Positions 12,111 through 24,140 of a stretch of 64,000 bases of DNA are shown piece by piece. The notes beneath the pieces were generated by a model. The model made no database searches. It saw only the letters and a program-made list of their open reading frames with translations, and was not told the origin of the DNA. Source of the stretch: Okamejei kenojei (lineage: Eukaryota); NCBI GenBank assembly GCA_035221665.1, contig CM069152.1, forward strand, positions 26,536,001 through 26,600,000. The letters run 5' to 3'. Within the stretch, counting starts at the first letter, position 1. The number at the start of each line of letters is the position of its first letter. A program made the translations under genes and the position numbers.

Positions 12111-14149
12111 TGGCAGATTTATCCTGTAACTACACTGTGGATGGCTCGATTGCAAGTACTGTAGTCTTTTCACTGACTGGATAGCATGCACCAAAAAGCT
12201 TTTCACAGTACCTCGTTACACGTGACAATAAACTAAAACTAAACTAAACATTGAGTACAAGGAAAGCACAAGAGATTACACTGGAATCTGTCGCAAAAAA
12301 AAAAGCAGCTGAAGGAACTCAGTGGATCAGGCAGCCTCCATAGAGAGAAATGGCCTGTTGACATTTTGGGTTGAGACCTTTCATCTAGATTGCCTGACTG
12401 AGATGATCTTTACTTTTATTAATTTATCATATACCATACTTTCAACCTCCAGTTTGAAAATAGCATAGATAACAATCACTTGTTGCTTTGAATTAGGAAC
12501 AGTCAGCGTATAAAAGTTATTAAAAAAGAGCAAAAATGTTCCTATTTTCACATTAATTTTTTTTAACAAATTGCATGCAGTAAAGCAGCATTGTCCAGGA
12601 ACAGGTCTGCAACCCTCTGGGCAAGTGCATTGTGCATGCTGATCCGAAGCAACAAAATAAGACCAATCCTTTCAAGTGAAAGGACTCGATCAGATAAGAA
12701 TAATCATATTAATTCGTAAGAATTAAAGGGGATTTATTTTGCTTTAATGAAATCAATGCTAAGCAAAGTCATTCACCATTGATTATCGTGAATTAATATG
12801 ACTGGATTCTCATGTGATTCCAAGTCTTGGAAGTAAAAAGATTATTTTTTCTGCCTCCTCCGTGTCAGCAAGAATGCCAGTTCAATGCGTTGGCCTCAGA
12901 TTACGACTCACTGGATGTACAGGGAAGTGAATAACAAAGATGATAAACTGATTACAAATACATCATCACTGACATTACTGAACAGGGTGCAGGTTTGATG
13001 GGCTGAGTAGCCTCCTTTTGCTTTAATTTTCTTATATTATGGATCTGCATTCAACACTGGAGAGCATGTACACCAATATTCCTCCAGTGATAATTCTCTC
13101 TAACTCTTGACTTTTGCAATTGTAAGCTAACTTTTGACCAATGCTGTATCAGCTCCATACTCCAACTAGATGGCTCAACACACAAGGGTATATCATTCAC
13201 AGAGCCCAAACATCACAGTTATCACAATCTGTGCACTCCAATTATTCCTATAATTTGTTTTGTTTTGTTTGCCACGGCCGTCATTTCACATGAAGGTGCA
13301 TTGTATTTTTTTTTTTCTTTGCATAGGATGGCAAATCTCCAGAATTCTCTATTCCAGAGGGTTGTGGAGGTCAGTTCATTATGAAAGTAAAGGTAGGTAA
13401 GTTTGTGAAAGATAAGGGAACTGAGGGCTATGGGGAATTGGCACAGAAGACGAGCTGAGGCCTGCATGATCGTAGTGAAGGTGCATAGTTGCTTAACCCT
13501 GCTCTATGTTCTTATGTTCTTTTATTAACCCTGTCATAGATCAATATATTTGTTACATCCTCTGATTTTTGTTTGACATTTTGGTTCACATTTTGGCAGA
13601 TTCTTCTCCCTGAAACAACCATTTAGTATTAATTTCTTGAGCCAATTAACTATTTTTTGATATCCATTCTCTTTAAAGGAATGGCACATTTGTATTATAG
13701 CCAGGTCCATTTTGAAAATGTTACACCAGAAATCTGTACATCCTTTTGTACAAGTATAACAGGTAACAGTAAAAAAAAACCCATGGAGAGAGAAAAGTAA
13801 TTCTTCATAATTCATGCCCGGTTAGAACACAACATTCTTTGTACTTAGCCATGCGTTGAAGTTCCAAATATTGATGTTATCTTTGTTTACACTTGGATAA
13901 CTGGGAACTAGCTGTTGTGTGAATACTTTCTCTAACATAAACTATGCATTTAACTCCAACCTTGGTTCATAGCAAAAAATTCAACCAGAAGGCGGGTATT
14001 TGGCAACTCTTGGCCGGACTACCATACAATGTATTTAGTGTCTATAACTTTCCTGTGCAGAGATTTTGTAAAGATTTATTACCCTCAGGAAGAGACATTT
14101 CTCACATTCTAAATGGATGACCCCTTATTTTAAGATGCCGACCATGATT

Positions 14150-14640
14150 TTATGTTATAGTTGTACAAGACGTTGGTGAAACGGCATATGGAGTATTGTG
14201 TTCAGTTTTGGTCACCCTGCTGCAGGAAGGATGTTGTCAAGCTGGAAAGAGTGTAGAGAAGATTTATGAGGATGTTGTGAGGATGCAAAGGCCTGGGCTA
14301 TAGGAAGAGGATGAACAGGCTAGGATTTTTTTCCTTGAAGTGCAGGGGGGCGATGGGTGATCTTACACAGGTATATAAAATCATAAGGGGGGTAGGGTAA
14401 ATGCAGTCTTTTCCCTAGGGGTAGGGGAATCAAGAACCATGGGACGTAGGTGAGAGAGGAAAGATTTAATAGGAACCCGAGGGGCAACCTTTTCCACACA
14501 GAGGTGGTTGGTATATAGAATGAGCTGCCAGTAGTTAAGGTAAGTACTATAACAACATTTAAACATTTAAAAGGACAGGTACATGGATAGGAAAGGTTTA
14601 AAGGAATATGGGCGAAAAGGAAGGCAGATACGACTTGGCA
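14150..14640 (+). mobile_element. CR1-like LINE 3' fragment
   Basis: ttgtacaagacgttggtg...gagtattgtgttcagttttggtcaccc reads LYKTLV...EYCVQFWSP. Same family as 1261-1908 but decayed. Confidence 0.8.
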
Positions 14641-14799
14641 AACTCCATGAGAATTTTAGATGTTTAATAAGATCATCTCATTGTTCTAAACTTGGGTTTA
14701 CACCTAGTCTACATAATCTCTCCTCACATGACAAGTTTGGTGTCCCAGGAATCAACCTGGTGAACCTTCACCCTCTTCTTCCATGAGTAGAGAGAACAA

Positions 14800-14994
14800 T
14801 GTGAGAGGGAAGAAGAGGGAGTGACCGGGGTGAGACTGGTCCTCGATTATGCTGGTGGCCTTGCTCGACACCCGGCCGCGCTTGGGGCTCGGCTGGCCGG
14901 ATGATTACGGGGAAAAAAAAAATCCACCTGCGGGCCAGATGATTTTGGGTTACAGGCCGCATTCGGCCCGGGGGCCATAGGTTGCCGACCCCTG
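14800..14994. mobile_element. Truncated hAT (Charlie-like) non-autonomous element, one end only
   Basis: GC/CpG-rich stretch ending gggccataggttgccgacccctg (reverse complement CAGGGGTCGGCAAC, a typical hAT TIR). No matching other end seen. Confidence 0.6.
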
Positions 14995-15369
14995 CTGTAT
15001 GCTAACCTAGCAGTTCATGTAAGAGACACCCAGCTCCAAAGATTTAAGTCAATAATCCTTATACATTTATGTTGATTTTCATATATTTTATATGAGAAGT
15101 ATATTGGAGTGAAATTCTGATCAGCGGAATGTGACCCAAACTCATGAGACTTGGTGAGAGTTCATTAATTGTGTAAAAACACAAGAAACTACCTCCCTGT
15201 ACTTTTAGCAACGAGACTGGTTATCTCGTTTTGCTTTTGCTTAATTAACATACGACACATACCTGTATGTAAGAAATAATAATACTCCTAGAACTAGAAA
15301 TAGGAACACCCTGGATAAATTATTGACATTTAAATAATGTGGTACTACTGGCCCCTGATGGGTACTTAC

Positions 15370-15547
15370 CGAGTCCGAGTTGTCTGGTTGAGGTGGAATT
15401 CCTCGGTTTGGAGCACTGCTGTAAGAGTGGAATGTCATTTCCTTGTTGTGATGTCTAAGTGGCATTGATTCATAATCTGGTGCAGGTAGGGCAACATTTG
15501 ACCTCTCTGCAAGATTAAGGATGCTGATACTCCGTGCAGAAGCTGTG
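15370..15547 (-). CDS. BAIAP2L1: BAIAP2L1 coding exon (exon 12 equivalent)
   Basis: 178 nt, tttggtttag|CACAGC...GACTCG|gtaagt. Translates (S)TASARSISILNLAERSNVALPAPDYESMPLRHHNKEMTFHSYSSAPNRGIPPQPDNSDS (cf. human RSISTVNLSENSSVVIPPPDY). Phase 2/0. Confidence 0.9.
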
Positions 15548-16187
15548 CTAAACCAAAGACAATAAAAGAAAATTACAAGGTGCTTTTTTCCATTATCACA
15601 GATACATAATAATTAAAAAAAGTCTAGTAAACCTTGGTTAGTTTTTACTTTATTACTGCTGTAATGGCCCAGTAGAAGGCAATTTAACTAACTCGATTGT
15701 GATTAATTTTGTCAGTAGCTTTTTGTATGCTATTACCTTTACTTTCTAATATTAAACATACTGGTCAGAGTAAAACTTTGTGTCAAACAATTATGTCTCG
15801 ATTTTCAGTTTATCTGAAATTTCTCTGCATGACCCTAGACTAATTTTAATGGATAATCGTGCCTGTGAATTAGATGGCTTCACTGACCCTTGAAGGAATT
15901 TCATTCACTATCACAATCATTGTGAAAATGATCATGGACAGAGACCCATTGTGTGAGTAATAAGTAGTACATGAAGCTAAAGTCTTCAATAACTATACAT
16001 TTAGATCACCTGAATTAACAAAATCTGAGGAAAATTTAACTCCCAGATAGCCAGACAACCCAGAACATGCTGTAATGTTGATTCACCACAAGACTTCATT
16101 TTGCACTCCAATATGGTAGGTTAACCCTCTCCATATTTGTTCCTGGAGGAGATCATACAAATTAGGAGGAAGAGAGATATAAATGAT

Positions 16188-16421
16188 TACACAAAGTACT
16201 GGAGTAGGTGGGACAGGGCCTTAACTCAGCAGGTCAACCAGCATCTCTGGAGAACATAGATGGATGACTTTTCAGTTCAGGACCATTATCCAGTCTAAAG
16301 AAAGGTCCCGACCTGAAATGTCACTCATTTTTGTTCTCCAGAGATGCTTCTTGACCAGTTGAGTTACTCCAGTACTTTGAGTCTTTTTTGTAAACCATCA
16401 TCTGCAGTTCCTTGTTTCTAC
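16188..16421. mobile_element. Penelope-like pLTR-derived fold-back repeat with 9-bp TSD
   Basis: Inverted arms meet at about 16291. ataaatgat occurs at 16179-16187 and 16422-16430. Confidence 0.8.
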
Positions 16422-19400
16422 ATAAATGATGAAAGCGGTAGATCAAGGAGTTCAAAAAGAGAGAAGGTAACTTAGGCAAAAAAAAAAAAAAAAAAATGCC
16501 TATGCCAATTCGTTAGCAGAAATTTCCTATAATCATTTGAATTTTCATATATTTGCATTGGTGACTTTCAAAAGGAACTTTAATAACAACTCCTTCCTTT
16601 ATTCACGAACAGCTGTAATTGAATGTTAAATTGTTGAGTAAACTATAACACACCCCTCAGGGAACCAATGGGAAGAAAGTCTCCCTTCTTTGCAAAGAAC
16701 ATAAGGGACGATCTCGGGCAGAATGCTTTAGCTAGCAAATGGAGAAGCTGTTATCCAATGTGCAGCGATTACTCTTCTCAAATAAAGGTTTGGTGTTATA
16801 ACCACACGCGTTGTTGCAGAGATAGATTGCTTGACACATGGTCTGTTTAGCACTATTTCTTACATTGAATACAGAAGATGTTGTTGCAAGAAAGAGCACT
16901 TATTTTGTGCATCAGGAGTTACAAAATAAATCACACAGTAGATTCATTTCTCAGGCAAATTACCAGTTGAAAAGAGGAAATTGTTATACAGCGTGTTCCC
17001 TGCCTGGTACAACATCGTAAAAACTTGTAACATGGATTGCCAAAAACACAATTTAAATCTTTCTTGATGTGAAGTTTGATTGTATAGCATAAAGACTCTC
17101 CTTGTGGCCCAAAAGCCACAATGTATGCTCACCGTAAGATTCATCCCAATTTATTTTCACTCCAATTTATTTTTCAAATATTAATATTGAACTGGTAATT
17201 ACATTGACCAACAGTTTGATCAAAACTGAACTTTGATTTTTCCAGGTGACAGGATCCTAGTTCTGAGTGGATTTTGTGATTATCGGAACGAAAATAGATT
17301 AAGTAGTCCAATCTTATAAATGTGATACTTCTCTACCATTGCCAGCCAGAAATTTTCAATCCTATCTTTTAACTATAGATTGTATCATCTAGGTTTCAAT
17401 GAGGCCAAATAAAGTTAGTAGTATATACCAACATTTGCACTAAATTATAGCTAGCAAAGTGCAGCACAACTCTGTTATTCTAGTGATTTATTAAAGTCAA
17501 AGAAAAACAGGCAAACCAAGGTCCAGCTAAATACAAACTGAGAAAGGGTTAAGATTTTAAACTCCTCGTGAGAATTACTTCTTTAAAACCATGTCCTCAT
17601 TAACTAATATGAAGTGTAATATATAATCTGATATTTGTATCGCCAGGAGATTAAAAGAGAGAGATGGCTAGATATGTCCTTGACATGATTACCAAACCTT
17701 CTCAAGCAAGCACATGGCTTACTATTTTTGCTGTAATTTTCAAACTGAAAGCCTAGATTGTTACTTCTGTTGTTGCTTACAGATTACAATATTGTTGTGT
17801 AACTTAATGGGAGTTTTCCTTTGACTAGTTGGCTCTACTCTTCAATGGAATGGAAAACTGGGCACGGCTCACAACAGCCAGCCAGTCTGCCACAGTCTGT
17901 TTTGTATCCTGTGGAGATGCATATATTTTGGTAACTTTCTAATAAATAAAACGCAACTAAAGGGTCCAACCCAAATTGAGTGATGAACATCAAAAAATCT
18001 AGCTGATTTGAAAATAAGTAGAACTCTTCACAAATTCAGATTTTCAATTTTAAATACTACTAGACCAAGTCGCCGTCCCCTCAATGCGCGGTTGTGGGGG
18101 ACGGGGGGAGCGGCCTGCGGCATCACACACACACTAACCACCCCCCACACACACACTAACTACCCCCCTTGATATATTAATATTATTCATTCACTCCTTT
18201 TACCCCATCCCCTGCCCTATCCACTCATAGCTGCCCTCAGAAGTCCAATGAGAGTCGGACCAGCAGTCGCTCGCGGGTCCGAAGTGCTGCTACCCGGCAG
18301 GACTACCAGGCCGACCCTCACCTGCCCGAGATTTGCTGAATCTGCCGTAAATGCAATAGAGCAGATGTTCAAACTCCAAGCAGATGGCACTAGAGATCAG
18401 GATTGAATCCGAGTTGCTCGAGTTGTGAAGCAGCAGGTCTCCAACTATTTGCTGCCCATACCTAGAAACGAAGCTATAAAGCCTATGTTTCCACTCAGTA
18501 TGTGAAAGCATATGTATGAAGTATTCTGTGGGGCAATTGCATTACTTGTATACATGCTTTCTGAGCCTCAAAGCAGGGGTAGCAGTATCAACAAATTCTA
18601 AAGCAACTTCTCTGAAACAACAATTCGCAAGGAGTTTATACTTCGTCACACTAAAATTGTCAAACTTCCTGTATTCTTTCAATTCTGCATTCCAGTTAAA
18701 CTCATTCCAACTCTTCAAGTAAATCCTGATAGAGCAAACTTAGATGGTATAAACAATGTTGGCATTTTTGAAACAACATTGTTTGCATGCTAAAGCAATG
18801 AATTAAGTAACTTAAAACTGCAGTTGATGCTACTGAAAAATTGGGCTACCCTTCAAGTCTTGCGGTATTTGGAATAATCTTTAGAAATACGACCTTTTAG
18901 AGTAGAATCATTCTATAAAGACCAGATAAAAAGGATCATGAAATTTACAAAAGTCTTATAACTAGTTGTAATGTTATTTAAGCTGATTTAATCTTACAGT
19001 AGGCTCTGCTTCTTATTGGCTAGCAAAACCACAATAATATAATAATATCTATTATTATAGATTTCTATAATACAGTGAGGAACAAAACACATTCCTTTTG
19101 ATGGATGTGATGTGCAAACTCTGATTGCTATCTACCGTGTTTCTCTGGCATTCTACTGTGCATGAGTTTAAATCACAACTTAGAGGGCATTTGGCTATTA
19201 GGCATGCTATTTTGGAAAAATAATCTAGTTATTCCCCCTCCTATGTTTCTCCCCCCTCCCCCCACATAGATCTGCATTTTTCCCCCTTATTGAGTATTCA
19301 ATTCAATGCTGTTGAATGTTGACACTTTCTCCATTGTCCTTATAAAGTAATATATTCCAGATCACAAATTTACATTAAAAAAAAACAAATTGCCTTCATT

Positions 19401-20299
19401 TTTCTCTACCTTCCCTTATCCCCAAGTTATCTATCCTATTTGTGTCTCCCCTTCAAAGCTCCTCATAATTTTAAATATTTTTATTAAATCTCTCCTAAAC
19501 CCCCTCTAATCTCAAACCAGCTTTCCTCATTTCTTCACACAACAGAAGTCCTTGATTCCAACTAATTATCTATTTGAGGCAGTTATTGATTCACAATAAT
19601 TATTGTGTAGTTGTCACCATTGATGGCTCTCTGTCACTGCTTCTACATATTGTATTTATTTTTCCTTTGAGACAATTTAAAATGACAGAATGGAATTTTC
19701 TAATGGTGATGGATTGACCTCTATGTCAAACTGAAAATTTGTTGTGCCTTATCCTCTGGGTTTCATCCATTTCCTGGAGAGGTAAATGTTCATTATCCAG
19801 GGAGAAACACACTTTATTTTTCATAATATGTCAACCTATCTTGGGGATTTGAACATGAGGCAACTTTTTATTTTGTAAATCACTTGTATTCAGTGACCAA
19901 GGTTTGTATTGCAAACATGGATTCAGGATTTCATGGAAGTGTCGCACAGTGGTTGAAGTTGCTATGTTTCTTATATCACTCTGGTCAGTTAAGTTCATAA
20001 ATATCTTGCATCCCCAGCAGTTTGCGGTGCATTAGAGACACGAGAAGGGTATAATTAGTGGGTCAGAGGTATATTGGTGTATAATTATTATGCGACTTCT
20101 GTTGGTCGGGCAAAACGGATAATATAGCAAGGCTCTGGAACCAAGGGTGCCGGAAAATGGGTGGTGCACCTGTAGTGGCTGAAATTGTCAATATTAATTA
20201 CATACAACTAGTCATCATTGATGGGGTGCAGCTGTCACAATTGCTTGGTTGGCAGCATTCTCAGGGATCTCAGTCCAGTTAATAGGTTAATCAGGTGTG

Positions 20300-20620
20300 A
20301 AGCGAGTGCTGCACTGTTGGACATGCCCCCCTTAGATGCATTATTAAACCGAGGTTCAACTAGCCTCTCTGGTACGATATAGAACATAGAATCTATCCTT
20401 GGGTCCTGGAGAGAATTGCTTAGTTCACAGCTATTAATATATTTTTGGTGAATATTGCACCTGTTTGAGGAAATTTGTGATATAGCTGGCTGCTGTATTC
20501 CAATATTACAGGAATGAAAACACTTCAAATGAGCAGCTTGCTCATAAACTGTTAAGTCCTTTGAACCAATCCGAAGCGACTAGAATGGCACCATTGAAAT
20601 CAATGTTTTTCTTTTCTTTA
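20300..20620 (+). mobile_element. Old SacSINE1/Deu-SINE-like relic
   Basis: gagtgctgcactgttgg...ttaaaccgagg...gctggctgctgtattccaatattaca...cacttcaaa resembles the Deu-domain SINE consensus as I recall it. Similar relics at about 24640-24885, 35425-35600, 54370-54690(-), 55860-56220 and 59890-60230(-). Confidence 0.6.
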
Positions 20621-21408
20621 CGTGACTAAAATTTCAAATACCAGATGGCATAGATTTAAAGTGATTGGCATGATGTTTTTTTTAATTTAATTTTTTATAA
20701 AAGCTTCTGGTTGGGGGCATATAATATGAAGGATTCAAAAGCTGCATTAAAATACCCATCTACTCACAAGACAAAACTAATGGCAAACATCCTCCACTGC
20801 ACTTGGATCAATGGTCATTTGTTCTTAATTCCTTCAGCTGAAAAACCCACCCAGATTTCTTAATTTAAATTCCTGCGTGTTGGGGCAGTAACTTTTTGCT
20901 GATCTCTCTATATTTGAGATTTCATTTCGAATAGCTATATCAATTGTTCTTGGAAGATATTTCTGATGCCCTTAAAATATATTAATGCACTTGTAACATT
21001 CTGTACTATAGTGATCTTGAATTCATTATTTACATGCAGCAAAGTGGCAGTGCTGGATTTTACCACAATTAAATGTAATTGATGCTTACTTAACACAAAT
21101 CATTGGTTATGATAACTTCATTTCAGGAACAGGTTAATTGATACAAGACAGACCTCAAATGAAATGGAAAGAATTTGTATAAAGTAATTTATATACATTA
21201 ACCTTGATATTGATTGATTTAAAATGAAAAATGCAGGTTTAGACAAAAATGACATCATTTCTTCTCAAGGATTATACAATCACTTAACATATTTTTACTA
21301 TTGAATTATAAGCCTCAAGAGAAGCATTCTGCACAGGCTTTATCATCAAAAGCAATTTTGACCTTAAAAATGGAAAAAGTTATGTAGTATGAAAGAGTGC
21401 TCTATCAA

Positions 21409-21920
21409 GAAAGGCAGCACCTTATATTCCACATGGAAAGCTTACAACCCAATGGTATGAATATTGAATTCTCCAGTATTAAATAATACCCTAGCTACCA
21501 CATCACCCTTTCCAGTCCCTCCCCTCCCCACTGTGCACCCATTTCTTCCACTATCCCACCCCAGTCGCTCTACTCCTTTCCCCTCCTTCGTACACTCATC
21601 TCCCATATCAGAGTGCCTCATTTTTCTTTATCCCCACCCCCTTTCCCCTCCCCTTCTACCCAAATACCACCTTCTGGCTTCGCATTTCTTTCATCCTCCT
21701 CTCCTTATCCAACACCCTTTTGTTTTGTTTTCATCATTAGCCTTTGTTACTTGGCAAAAGGCCTATCAACCTTCCTCCTCACCTGTATCCACCTATCACT
21801 TGCCAGGCTTTGTCCCATCCCCACCAGTTTTCTAGCCCCTCCCCCCCATAGAGATGCTGCCTGACTTGAGTTCCTCCAGACCTTTGTGTTTTGTCCAAGA
21901 TTCCAACATCTGCAGTTGCC
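21409..21920 (+). mobile_element. Penelope-like retroelement 3' end (end of ORF, pyrimidine-rich UTR, pLTR)
   Basis: 21409-21486 reads ERQHLIFHMESLQPNGMNIEFSSIK*, resembling the C-terminus of PLE GIY-YIG ORFs (EQHLIFRLGSLQPxGMN). A C/T-rich tract and the agagatgctgcctgac...atctgcagtt repeat follow. Confidence 0.7.
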
Positions 21921-23224
21921 TGTGCCGCCTCCTTGCACAAAGTTGTCTGACAACTCCCACTGAAGGTTGGGTTTGCAGATCCAGATGGCAACTCAGTTCT
22001 CTGCACTTCCCAACTATAATTACTAGATCAGATTGTCACAGTACATAGTAAATATGGTCAAAGTCTTCAACTCTTTCAATACACAAATAAAAAGAGTGCC
22101 CATCTCATTTAGGGATTACTGTTGTCAGCAGAGACAGATCTGTTGGATGCATTTTCTGAGCCAGGCAACTCAGAATAACATTTCAGTAGGATATTTTGAG
22201 ATCTGGGTAAACTACATTGCTCCTTCAAAATGAAGGAACTTCCATCTTTATGTTAATCAAGTCTGTAAAACTTCTCCAAACATTTACCTTCTCCACCTAA
22301 ATTAGGTGTGATTAAATTCTGCCTTAAAGTATTTATTACAAACTGCTGTTTCATGATTATGAACTTGAGTTTGGAATAGCGAGAAATCATAGAATTAAAA
22401 GAGTAGCAGACCTGTTAATTCCGGAGAAGGCCTTCTGCATTCAATTGCAATTAAAATTATTGTAGTTTTACTACAATTCTGTAGAAAAAACTGTATATAT
22501 TTCCTGCCAGCTTGGATCTTAGAGTTGATACAATTGTAATACTTATGTCAGTTTGCACAGAAGATGTGAAGAGCTGCCAAGAAACATTATTTTTTGAAAC
22601 ACGAAGCCTGTCACAGACAAAGAGAAATTTCTTCACACAGTGTGGTGAATTTTTGGGAGTCTCCAGCGCAGAGGGCAGAGGAGGCTCAGTTGACTGAGTT
22701 TATTCAAGATATTTGAGAAATCAAAGGATACAGGGACAGTGCAGGAAAATAGCGATGAAATAGAAGATTAGACACAACCTTGGTGAATAGCAGAGAAGGC
22801 TGGAAGGGCCAAATGGCCTACTCCTGTTTCTTATGTTCTTAGGAGCCAATCTACAGGGAAAAAAGGGGAATTGTTCAACCCATGTTACCTCCACTCCAGA
22901 ACTAATACCATTAAAACTTTAACTATTGAACTGTGGTACGCAGATGATGTTTGCACACATATAATTGTAAGCAGAGATCCAAAATAATATTGACTTATTT
23001 GTTGATGCATACCAGAAAAATTACCTTTTAGATGACCCTCTACTAACCTGCAACAGTAAGTTCTAAGATATGCAAACATAAAATGACCAACAAGTTGTGA
23101 AATAAATACTTTCTGCAGTTGCTTAAAACTGGAAGTAGAAATTTATACTTAAATAAAAGAAAATTAGAATTTTTTTCCTAACATAAAAGGTTTCTAATAC
23201 TACATTTGCTTTAACATGTATTAC

Positions 23225-23293
23225 CTGAGTGTAGGTGACATATCTGGAGCTTGTTCTATTGGCCTGGTGTAGGAAGTCGGAAACCAACCTCTC
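23225..23293 (-). CDS. BAIAP2L1: BAIAP2L1 coding exon (exon 11 equivalent), end of SH3
   Basis: 69 nt, ttctgaacag|GAGAGG...ACTCAG|gtaata. Translates RGWFPTSYTRPIEQAPDMSPTL (SH3 GWFPxSY motif). Phase 2/2. Confidence 0.94.
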
Positions 23294-23653
23294 CTGTTCA
23301 GAAGGAATAAAAATATCGTAATTAGACCCTTTTAAATGAACAAACATCTTCAAGAACAGCCATTTTTAAAAAAAAATCCATGTATTTACAACATTCCAAG
23401 CCTGAGCTAGTCTTAAAATTTGACCTGCACTAAATCTTCACATTTATTTTTCACTGAATGTGGATCTAAAATTAGAGGAAGAGTTTACTAGATTTCTAGC
23501 TTCCTGTGCAAGAGGGTCCTTCAAATAGACTATGAAGACCATCAATGAAGACCATTCAACATCTTTTGACATGACAAAAAAAAAATTGTAGTTATATAAC
23601 AGGAATATGACTTTCACCCAAGTCTACTTGGACATCATGCATAATAAATTGCA

Positions 23654-23678
23654 CTCTCTCTCTCTCTCTCTCTCTCTC
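23654..23678. repeat. (CT)n microsatellite
   Basis: ctctctc... run of about 12 units. Confidence 0.9.
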
Positions 23679-23844
23679 ATTAAGCACAAGGAGTCATAGT
23701 TATAAATTATTCATGCACTTTCTGTTCATATTTCACCACAGTACATTAATGACCAAGTTGATGTAAACACAAACACTGTTGCGGAGCCTATTGCTTAAGT
23801 CTTACAGTGAGGGCTTTACATTGTTTTCTAACTTCTGCTGGAAG

Positions 23845-24140
23845 TTTAGTTTAACGATACTGCATGGAAACAGGCTCTTGGGTCAACCGAGTTCACGTGG
23901 ACCATCATTTACCTGTTCACACTAGTTCTATGTTACCCACCTTTTTCCAACAACTCATTGCACACCTGGGACAGTTTACCTACAAAATCAGTCTGTAGAA
24001 GGGTCCTGACCCGAAACGTCACCTATCCATGTTCTCCACAGATGCTGCCTGACCCACTGAGTTATTTCAGCACTTGTCTTTTTTTGTTAACCAGCATCTG
24101 CAGTTCTTTATGTCTAACCTATAATCCTGTATGCCTTTCT
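23845..24140 (-). mobile_element. HE1-like SINE 3' half with a Penelope pLTR fragment (23987-24116, + strand) inserted in it
   Basis: SINE tail agtttagtttaacgatactgcatggaaacaggc. The insertion is flanked by acctacaaa / acctataat. Confidence 0.75.

Noticed and set aside
13695-13742. Possible alternative terminal exon DVQISGVTFSKWTWL* in phase with exon 12, inside ORF 13534..13815
   Set aside because: The acceptor is weak (gtacaaaag) and I recognise no homology. It needs RNA-seq junction evidence.
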